From contig OZ241917.1 in assembly GCA_965203805.1 (NCBI GenBank), positions 224,001 to 288,000 of the forward strand: a stretch of 64,000 nucleotides of DNA. The letters are read 5' to 3'. This DNA comes from Candidatus Latescibacterota bacterium. Its GTDB lineage: Bacteria; Latescibacterota; UBA2968; GCA-2709665. How positions within the stretch are numbered: position 1 is the stretch's first letter; each line of letters starts with the position of its first letter. The position numbers and the translations under genes were made by a program. Under the pieces are notes generated by a model. The model ran no database searches. It was not told the DNA's origin and saw only the letters and a list, made by a program, of their open reading frames with translations. Below are positions 27,877-36,163 of the stretch, in pieces.

Positions 27877-30354
27877 ATGCCCGATACGGAGCTCGACAGA
27901 CTCGCCGCTCAGATCGCACGCGAGGAAGCACGGCTAAGAGAAATCGAGGCCGAACAGACCGCCGCCAGGCAGCGTCTGAAGGCACTATCCGCGAAGCTCG
28001 GCATGCTGCAGCAGTCGGTTTCCGGCGCCCCGGTTTCGCCGCAAACAAACGCCCAGAAGGTCGCCCTCTTCCGGTCTCTATTCAGAGGCCGAGCCGACGT
28101 TTTCCCCAGGCATTGGCAGAACCCGAAAAAGCAAACCACTGGCTACGCCCCGGCATGCGCCAACGAATGGGTGCGTGGGGTCTGTGAAAAACCACGCGTC
28201 AAGTGTGGCGAGTGCCCCAATCAGGCCTTCATCACTGTGACGGATCAAATGATCATCGATCACCTCAGAGGTCGTCACATCGTTGGCGTTTATCCGTTGC
28301 TGGAAGACGAGACGTGCTATTTCCTCGCTCTCGACTTCGACAGGGCGGACTGGAAGAATGATGTGGCCGCATTCCGAAACACCTGTAAGCATTTCGGACT
28401 GAATGCGGCAGTGGAGCGTTCCCGGTCCGGCAAGGGAGCCCACGTGTGGTTCTTCTTTGCCGAGCCGGTTCCCGCGAGTGAGGCGCGCAGACTGGGATGC
28501 TACCTGATCACCGAGACGATGGCGCACCGGAACGAGCTTCCGATGAGCTCGTACGACCGTCTGTTTCCAAGCCAGGACACGATGCCGCAAGGTGGTTTTG
28601 GCAATCTGATCGCCCTGCCGTTGCAGTACGAGGCCAGGCAGCAGGACAATACCGTGTTCGTCAATGAGTCATGGGACCCGTACCCGGACCAATGGGCGTA
28701 CCTGGCGGGCCTTCCCAGGATCGACCGATCTCGAGTGAAGGAGCTGGCGAGAGACGCGGTAGAGCGAGGAAAGGTTGTCGGCGTTCCTATCGCGCAGGAA
28801 ACGAAGGGAACAAGAAGCCAACTCAGCCTTGAGGAGGCTTCAAGGAGGACAATCGCTATAAATAAAACGCTTCCGCCCCGTGTGTGCGCTGTTCTCGGAG
28901 CGGACATCGTGGTGGACGCAACGAGTTTGCCACCGGTGCTGATCGATCAGATCAAACGCCTCGCCGCTTTCGAGAATCCGGAGTTCTACAAGAAGCAGGC
29001 AATGCGTCTGTCGACGGCGCTGACGCCGCGCGTAATCAGCTGTGCCGAAGTGGCAGGCAACCGGATCGGCTTGCCCCGAGGTTGTCTGCCCGCACTTGAG
29101 GATTTGATCGATAAGCACGATATCGAATTCGTAATCGATGATCAAAGATTGGATGGCGAGGCAATTGGTGTTGAGTTTCGCGGTGAGTTGACCGTCATTC
29201 AGCAGCAAGCGGTTCGTGCGTTGCTCGCCCACGATATCGGTGTCTTTGTCGCTCCCCCTGGCAGTGGTAAGACGGTTTTGGGCACGCACCTGGTAGCCGA
29301 CCGTGGACGCAGCGCGCTCGTCCTTGTGCACCGTACGCAGCTCATTGACCAGTGGAGAACTCAACTGTCCGTTTTCCTCGATTTGAATCCGCGTGAGATC
29401 GGACAGATCGGCGGAGGCAGGCGAAAAACCACGGGAATTGTCGACGTCGGCATGCTGCAGAGCCTCGTGCGACGCGACAGGGAGACCCTGTCGGGGTACG
29501 GACACGTGATCGTGGACGAATGTCATCATGTCCCCGCCGTCTCTTTTGAAAAGGTAATGCGGACGGTGCAGGCACGGTATATAACCGGGCTCACTGCAAC
29601 GCCTCAGCGGAGGGACGGTCATCATCCGATCCTGCATTTCCAACTCGGCCCGATCCGCTTCTCGGTCGATTCCAGGCGCGCGAAGGCAGCGCAGTGAATG
29701 GAACATCAGGTCATAATAAGACAGACGGCCTTTCGGCTTGAGGACGAGTCGTCTGGATCCAGCATCCAGGAGATCTACTCGAAACTCGCAAGCGACCGAA
29801 ATCGCAACGAGATGATTCTGGACGATGTCATTGGCGCCCTCGAGAAAGGAAGGTCTCCCATTCTGCTCACGGAACGCAGAGACCATCTCGACTACTTCGT
29901 CGGCCAACTGCACAGCGTCGCTCGGCACCTGGTGGTACTTCAGGGAGGAATGGGTGTGAGACAGCGGGAGGGAGTCCGTCAGCAATTGAAGGACATTCCT
30001 GATGACGAGGAACGTCTCATCCTGGCAACCGGCCGCTTTATCGGTGAAGGCTTCGATGATTCCAGACTCGACGCGTTGTTCCTTGCAATGCCGATCTCGT
30101 GGCGAGGCACCCTTGTGCAATACACGGGCCGGCTTCATCGCAGGCACCCGTCCAAGTCCGAGGTTCGCATATACGACTACGTGGACGCCGATGTGCCGAT
30201 GCTCGCAAAGATGTTTAAAAAACGACGAAAGGGATACCGGGCTATGGGCTATGATCTGCGCAAGCCCGACAACGACGAAAGTGTTGGAAGCGGCGAATAC
30301 GTTGTTGAATACGACCGGGAAGTGATCCAGAGTCTCGGACGTGAGACGTTCTGA
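27877..30354 (+). pseudogene. Archaeo-eukaryotic primase (TOTE-type) + SF2 helicase fusion interrupted by an in-frame TGA at 29,695
   Basis: AEP motifs LALDFD, ERSRSGKGAHVW, GFGNLIALPLQ. Helicase motifs PPGSGKT, DECHH, GLTATP. The same frame resumes at ATG 29,698 with GEGFD and QYTGRLHR. Confidence 0.85.
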
Positions 30355-30439
30355 TTTACCGATCTGAGCGGCTTCGCCTGCGAGACCGGACTCGACGCGG
30401 GGAAAATGGGCGAAACTGAAAACATCACACAGTGCGCAT

Positions 30440-30476
30440 TTGACGTGATCCCTGCTTAGCTATATGCGTAGCTAAG
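30440..30476 (+). promoter_or_regulatory. Putative promoter and Phd operator
   Basis: TTGACG at 30,440 and a perfect inverted repeat CTTAGCTA-N6-TAGCTAAG (30,455-30,476) upstream of the antitoxin. Confidence 0.6.
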
Positions 30477-30509
30477 AAAGTTATCGACCGTTTTTGAGGG
30501 AGTCACACA

Positions 30510-30743
30510 ATGTCAGTAGTCAACGTACATGAGGCCAAAACACAGCTATCCCGTCTCCTGGCGAGGGCTGAGGCGGGTGAAGAGATCGTCATTGCCCGTA
30601 ATGGCGACCCGGTTGCAAGGCTCGTGCCCTGCGAAAATTGTCCCGGTGTCCGGCAGTTTGGCGCCAAGAAGGGCCTGATTGTGGTCGACGACAGTTTCTT
30701 CGACCTACTTCCGGAAGACGAATTGGCTGCCTGGGAGGGATGA
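30510..30743 (+). CDS. Phd/YefM-family antitoxin
   Basis: VNVHEAKTQLSRLLARAEAGEEIVIARNGDPVARLVP. Confidence 0.92.
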   Translation: MSVVNVHEAKTQLSRLLARAEAGEEIVIARNGDPVARLVPCENCPGVRQFGAKKGLIVVDDSFFDLLPEDELAAWEG

Positions 30744-30747
30744 TTGC

Positions 30748-31136
30748 GTGCGCATTCTACTCGACACCCATGCCTTTCTCTGGTGGCTCGCCGGCAGTGA
30801 TCGTTTGTCGGGGATTGCCCGCGATGCAATTGCCGACCCGGGTAAAGATGTCCTCATCAGCGCGGCGTCCGCGCCTGGGAGATCGCAACGAAGCATCGCC
30901 TCGGGAAGCTTCCGTGGGCCGACGTGGTCGTACATGACTTCGCCGGCTGCATTGCGGGCCAGGGATTTCAGGAATTGCCGATTACCGTCCGAAACGGCGA
31001 ACGCGCCGGTCGGCTGCAGGGATTGCATCGCGACCTCTTCGACCGGATGCTGATCGCACAGGCCCTCACCCTCGATGTCCCCCTTGTTTCGATAGAGACA
31101 CGATTCGATCGATATGGCGTTAACCGCTTCTGGTAG
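30748..31136 (+). pseudogene. vapC: VapC (PIN) toxin, frameshifted
   Basis: RILLDTHAFLWW...ISAASA, then 2 extra nt (GC, ~30,871), then WEIATKHRLGKL...HRDLFDRMLIAQA in another frame. Confidence 0.85.
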
Positions 31137-31632
31137 TGATGTCGACCCCCAACCCTATTGCGGAATCTCGCACGCACAATCAGGAGCGAATTATCGGCAG
31201 CGCTGTCATAGACGGTGGTCATTGAAGTCTCCGACATTCTATCGAGGACGGGATGGAACTTGACATCGAGAGGATATGGCCACCTGTTGCCGGACACAGA
31301 TCCATCCTGTCCACCATCGACCGCCTGGAAGTTTTGCGTCCCGGCGGTCGAAGTCATTGCGGCCGTGACCGTACTCGGGTTTATGGGTATCGACCACAAG
31401 CAGATTCGTGAAACCACAGAGTTCCCTATGCATGATGTAAGTACCTGAAAATACGTAGGGAGTTATGTTTTAAGTGAGCGAAAGCATGGATGCGCATTTG
31501 GTTCGTTGCGACGCCTGGATCCTGACACTGCGCGTGAGTGGACGATGGCACGCGGATTGCACGAGTTTTCGTCTGCGACGGAAAGCCGAACCGATTCGTA
31601 GATGCAATGCTGGGTTTGTCGACGACTTTAAT

Positions 31633-31661
31633 TTGACATGTAACTATTTAATGGTTACGTT
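31633..31661 (+). promoter_or_regulatory. Sigma70-like promoter with operator for the RelE/HigBA pair
   Basis: TTGACA-N17-TACGTT, overlapped by the inverted repeat GTAAC-N9-GTTAC. Confidence 0.5.
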
Positions 31662-31663
31662 GG

Positions 31664-31927
31664 ATGTATCGAATCCACATAAGGAGAAGCGTACTGCGGC
31701 GTATTCAGAGGCTACCCGAATCAGTACAACGAAGGGTAGCCAACCTTGTCGAGGATCTGCGGGATAACGGGCCTATCCAAAACAACTGGCCCAACTACGG
31801 AAAACTGGGAGCGGACAGATACCACTGCCACCTCACACGGAGCTGGGTAGTCTGTTGGTCATACAGGAGAAATGCGAAAACGATCGAGGTCTATTATGCA
31901 GGCAGTCGTGAAAACGCCCCGTATTGA
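31664..31927 (+). CDS. RelE/HigB-like toxin
   Basis: Basic 87-aa protein (LPESVQRR...GP...YHCHL...VCW...YYAGSRE) overlapping the downstream HTH gene. Confidence 0.75.
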   Translation: MYRIHIRRSVLRRIQRLPESVQRRVANLVEDLRDNGPIQNNWPNYGKLGADRYHCHLTRSWVVCWSYRRNAKTIEVYYAGSRENAPY

Positions 31928-32264
31928 GATTCTCATCAAGGGAGACATCCCTGACAAGCTGATGTCCGTGCTGAATGAGCAATACGGCGAACAGGTTCGG
32001 CTATCGGAAGACAACAGCGACGATCTCATCGACGTATTCAAGACCGAATGGTACCGGAGCGTCAAATCGGGAATGACGCCGGGCGGCAATCTGAGGACTT
32101 ACCGGGAGAATCACGGGTTGACTCAGGCAAGGCTGGGGGAGATGCTCGGCGGTGTTCCTCGCCAGCATATCTCGAATATGGAGCGGGATGTCAGATCGAT
32201 CAGCCTGAAAACCGCACGCAAGTTGGCAGAGATATTCCGTGTGTCCCCCGATAAGTTCATTTGA
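31896..32264 (+). CDS. XRE/HigA-like HTH antitoxin
   Basis: NLRTYRENHGLTQARLGEMLG.VPRQHISNMER...ARKLAEIF. ATG at 31,896. Confidence 0.85.
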   Translation: MQAVVKTPRIEILIKGDIPDKLMSVLNEQYGEQVRLSEDNSDDLIDVFKTEWYRSVKSGMTPGGNLRTYRENHGLTQARLGEMLGGVPRQHISNMERDVRSISLKTARKLAEIFRVSPDKFI

Positions 32265-32503
32265 CTATCGACGTAACGCCAAGACTTTCAACGAAATGAA
32301 GAAAATAGCCGTTGTATTCAATCGTCCTGTCGGTGTAATCCGTCTGTTGCATGCGGCGGATCGATATCTGGAAAAACGCTAAGGGACCAATTCCCGGATG
32401 ACGAAGAAGAATTGTACGCATCGTCTGCGGAAGTGACGAGGTCTTCCATTTGCCATGGTGCGTATATACGGCTTGCTCAAGTATCTCAATCGAGGATTGA
32501 AAT

Positions 32504-33823
32504 ATGCCCAGGATAGAAGGATTCCGGGTCAAGAACTTCAAGGTACTCAAAGATGTGACACTGGGCCGCCTCTGGAACCAGAGGCGAATTAAGCCACTTG
32601 ACCCCATGACAGCCGTTATTGGCAAGAACGGCGTTGGAAAGAGTGCGTTGTTCGATGCATTCGGATTCCTTGCGGATGCCCTCAAAACGGGCGTCGAAGA
32701 AGCTTGCGATGCACGCGGCCGGGGCGGATTTGAGAAACTGCGTTCACAGGGGCAAGCTGGTCCAATCGGGTTTGAGGTGTATTATAAGGGACATGTTAAC
32801 TCCCGGCCCATCACTTACGAGATTGCGATTGACACGGACGAGCATGCCCGCCCGTATGTGTCGCGCGAACGTCTGAGACAGAGACGAAGAAACCAAAGGT
32901 ACGGACGCCCCTTTTCGTTTTTGTGGCTGGATGACGGGAGTGGTATCGCATGGAAAGGGGAGGAGGGTGACCAGGAAGATAGACTTGAGAAACTGCATGA
33001 AGACGCGATGGGGCAAGACGACCCTGAGGTGAAGCGATCGAAATTGTGGGAGATCGTAGAGCTAATTAGAAGAGAAGAGCCCAATGAGACCGAGCAAATT
33101 GAACTGGAAGATCGACGCAGGCTTGGCATCGCGACTTTAGGCGCCCTGAAACAACATCCCAGAATCTCTGCCTTCAGGCGTTTTATCGAGGGATGGTATC
33201 TCAGCTACTTCACGCCCGACGCTGCCCGAAGTCTGCCGCTGACCGGACCCCAGAGCCGTCTCAGCATCCACGGCGACAATCTCGGCAACGTCGTTCAATT
33301 CATGGAACGCGAACACCCTCAGCGGTTTAAGGCCATCCTGAAAGGGATTGCAGACAAAATTCCGGGTATCGATAGGATCGACACAGAAAGATCCAATGAC
33401 GGACGGTTGTTGCTCCGCTTCAACGATAAAGGTTTTCAGGATCCGTTTTACGCTCAGCAGATGTCCGATGGAACACTGAAGACTTTCGCCTATTTGCTGC
33501 TCCTTGAAGATCCTAGCCCGCCTCCATTTTTGTGTATAGAAGAGCCTGAAAACGGCCTGTATCACAAGCTCCTTGAAACTTTGGCGAGCGAATTCCGTGA
33601 ACACACCAGGAACCCGGGAAGCGGATCTCAGGTTTTTGTGACCACCCATCAACCCTATTTTGTCGATGCACTAGAGCCGGCCGAAGTTTGGATCCTCGAG
33701 AAGGGGACGGACGGTTTCTCAACGATTCGCAGGGCGAGTGACGATCCAATCGTGAACAACATGGTCGAAGAGGGTCTGCCACTGGGCGGCCTCTGGTTCA
33801 GCGACTATCTGGACGCGAGGTGA
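32504..33823 (+). CDS. AAA_21-family ABC ATPase
   Basis: VKNFK, GKNGVGKS, MSDGTLK, IEEPENGL, VTTHQP. Confidence 0.9.
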   Translation: MPRIEGFRVKNFKVLKDVTLGRLWNQRRIKPLDPMTAVIGKNGVGKSALFDAFGFLADALKTGVEEACDARGRGGFEKLRSQGQAGPIGFEVYYKGHVNSRPITYEIAIDTDEHARPYVSRERLRQRRRNQRYGRPFSFLWLDDGSGIAWKGEEGDQEDRLEKLHEDAMGQDDPEVKRSKLWEIVELIRREEPNETEQIELEDRRRLGIATLGALKQHPRISAFRRFIEGWYLSYFTPDAARSLPLTGPQSRLSIHGDNLGNVVQFMEREHPQRFKAILKGIADKIPGIDRIDTERSNDGRLLLRFNDKGFQDPFYAQQMSDGTLKTFAYLLLLEDPSPPPFLCIEEPENGLYHKLLETLASEFREHTRNPGSGSQVFVTTHQPYFVDALEPAEVWILEKGTDGFSTIRRASDDPIVNNMVEEGLPLGGLWFSDYLDAR

Positions 33824-33827
33824 TCGG

Positions 33828-34478
33828 ATGCACTTTGAGATACTCGTGGAGGATATTTCCGGAAAAAAGGCGCTGGATATCCTGGTACCAAAGATCGTGA
33901 GCAAAGAACATACATTCAGGGTCATCGGTTTCAGAGGAATCGGCCACATTCCCAGAAACCTGAAAAGTGGGACCGCCGTGACAAACCGCCTTCTGCTCAA
34001 TCAACTTCCCAGGTTACTCAGGGCCTACGGGAGGACGTATGCGGGAGGTCCAACAGACCATCCTGCAGCAGTGATTCTTGTCTGCGACCTGGACGATAGG
34101 TGTTTGAAGAGATTTCGTCAACGGTTGATCTCGGTTTTGAATGCGTGCAACCCGAAACCGACAACGCGGTTCTGTATCGCCATCGAGGAAGGCGAAGCCT
34201 GGCTGCTTGGAGACGATTCGGCGATTAAACGTGCGTATCCGAATCTCAGGGAGACCGTGCTGAATGGATACAAGAACGACTCGATTTGCGGTACCTGGGA
34301 AGTTCTGGCTGACGCTGTATTCACCGGTGGATCAACTGCGCTCAAGAGTGGTGGTTGGCGGGCAGTAGGGACGGAAAAATCCGCGTGGGCCGAGAGAATC
34401 GCACCGCTGATGGATGTAGAGAACAATGCATCGCCCAGTTTCTGCTATTTTCGAGAGAAGCTTCGTGAACTTACCTGA
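33828..34478 (+). CDS. DUF4276-family (TOPRIM-like) protein
   Basis: ILVED.SG, VCDLD, IEEGEAWLLGD, NASPSF. Starts 4 nt after the ATPase. Confidence 0.8.
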   Translation: MHFEILVEDISGKKALDILVPKIVSKEHTFRVIGFRGIGHIPRNLKSGTAVTNRLLLNQLPRLLRAYGRTYAGGPTDHPAAVILVCDLDDRCLKRFRQRLISVLNACNPKPTTRFCIAIEEGEAWLLGDDSAIKRAYPNLRETVLNGYKNDSICGTWEVLADAVFTGGSTALKSGGWRAVGTEKSAWAERIAPLMDVENNASPSFCYFREKLRELT

Positions 34479-34513
34479 GTATTCAGCGCGGGTGGAACGA
34501 TTGAGGTGAATCT

Positions 34514-34738
34514 ATGTACAGCAAGGCGATCAGCCGGAATCCCGACGTTCTCGGCGGCGCCCCCGTATTCTCCGGAACGAGGGTACCGATACGAATTCTG
34601 ATGGAATACCTGGAGGCCGGGGACCGGCTCGACGACTTCCTCAACAGCTACCCCACGGTGACACGCGACCAGGCGATTGAAGTCCTCAAAACCGCGAAGA
34701 TGGCGCTGGAGGGGGATCCGGATGAAGCTGTAGTTTGA
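34514..34738 (+). CDS. DUF433-family antitoxin (second copy)
   Basis: ISRNPDVLGGAPVFSGTRVP; close paralog of 18,882-19,106. Confidence 0.88.
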   Translation: MYSKAISRNPDVLGGAPVFSGTRVPIRILMEYLEAGDRLDDFLNSYPTVTRDQAIEVLKTAKMALEGDPDEAVV

Positions 34739-34760
34739 CGAGTCCATGCCCAGACCGCTT
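34722..34760 (+). pseudogene. DUF5615 PIN-like toxin stub
   Basis: Reads MKL*FDESMPRPL: stop at codon 4, then similarity is lost. Confidence 0.6.
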
Positions 34761-34900
34761 GTCGGCAGAGTGGTCGATATGGTCACTGGTGACCTGCAAA
34801 GAAGTATCTATCGGATTAGGATAGGCTAGGTTTGCTCGCAATTGAAGTCACGTACTCGCAGGGGTATGTCATCGCCTCTATTGGGATAAACACGGAAACC

Positions 34901-36163
34901 ATGAACGATCTGTTCAATAAATCCAGCGACACTTTTCGCATAGTACACACTGCGGATTGGCATCTGGGAAAAACCCTGAACGATCAATCTCGGGACGAAG
35001 AGCACGCGATGTTCCTGCACTGGCTGCTCGGGGTAATTGAAGAACGTGAAGTCGACGCTCTGATTATAGCCGGGGACGTGTTCGACGCCGCAAATCCGCC
35101 TCAATCCGCACAGTCCCAATATTACAACTTCGTGTCGGAACTTTACAGGAACACCACCTGTTCACTCATCGTGATTGGCGGCAACCACGACTCGCCCGCA
35201 CAACTGGAAGCGCCGCGGGAGGTGCTGCACGCGCTCAGGGTTCACGTCGTGGGTTTCATGGCCGAGAAACCGGCAAGCTGCCTCATTGTGTTACCTTCAG
35301 CCGAAAATCCAAGCCTTGTCGTCGCGGCGATTCCGTTTTTGCGAGACAGGGATATCAGAACGGGGCACGCCGGTCAGGATGCGGAAGACATTCGAAGGGC
35401 GATTACCGAGGGCATATTGCGGCGTTACGCGGAGACCGCAGAAGCCGCAGACAAGTGGGCTAAGCAAGGAGTACCGATATTGGTAACAGGCCACCTAACT
35501 GTCACGGGTGCCTCAGATTCGGACAGCGAAAGGGAAATTCATATCGGTGGTCTTGGCGCCGTTAGCGCTGACGCCTTTCCCGATATCTTTTCTTACGTTG
35601 CCCTGGGACATCTGCACCGGCCGCAAAAGCTGGATATGCGGGTCGGTTACTCCGGATCTCCGATTCCATTGAGCTTCAGCGAAGCAAACGACACGAAGCA
35701 GATTCGGATACTGGATTTCGCGGATGGCGAGATGATTGCGCAGGCGTCAATTCCTGTGCCGGTCTTCCGCCGACTGGCTCAGATTCGTACTACGTGGGAC
35801 GGCCTCCCCGAAGCTATCGGGAATTTTGATCCGGTTACAGGAGAACTGCAAACCTGGGTAGAGGTCGTTATCCAAGACGCGGGTACAGGTGAGGATATCA
35901 ACGAGACAGTACAGCGTCTGGTGGAGAACCGAGAATTCGACGTCTTGAAAGTTATGCGTGAGGTGACCATTTCGCGGGTGGGCATGAGCGTTGGAAGCGA
36001 TTCCGCCGACGAAGCTATTGAGAGAATCCTTGAGAGTCCGGCGCAGGTATTCGAGCACAGATTGGGTGAAGAACCCCAATTTAACGAAGAACTGAAGCAG
36101 GAGCTCAGAATCGCCTTTGCCTGGTTACTCGAACAACGTGAGGGGAATGGCGCAGACGTATGA
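34901..36163 (+). CDS. sbcD: Exonuclease SbcCD subunit D
   Basis: HTADWHLG, IAGDVFD, GGNHDS, ALGHLH, YSGSPIPLSFSE. Confidence 0.95.
   Translation: MNDLFNKSSDTFRIVHTADWHLGKTLNDQSRDEEHAMFLHWLLGVIEEREVDALIIAGDVFDAANPPQSAQSQYYNFVSELYRNTTCSLIVIGGNHDSPAQLEAPREVLHALRVHVVGFMAEKPASCLIVLPSAENPSLVVAAIPFLRDRDIRTGHAGQDAEDIRRAITEGILRRYAETAEAADKWAKQGVPILVTGHLTVTGASDSDSEREIHIGGLGAVSADAFPDIFSYVALGHLHRPQKLDMRVGYSGSPIPLSFSEANDTKQIRILDFADGEMIAQASIPVPVFRRLAQIRTTWDGLPEAIGNFDPVTGELQTWVEVVIQDAGTGEDINETVQRLVENREFDVLKVMREVTISRVGMSVGSDSADEAIERILESPAQVFEHRLGEEPQFNEELKQELRIAFAWLLEQREGNGADV

Noticed and set aside
28840-30147. 435-aa - strand ORF
   Set aside because: Antisense to the primase-helicase.
31140-31620. Short ORFs between vapC and the higB-like gene
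   Set aside because: No motifs or RBS; probably decayed sequence I cannot assign.
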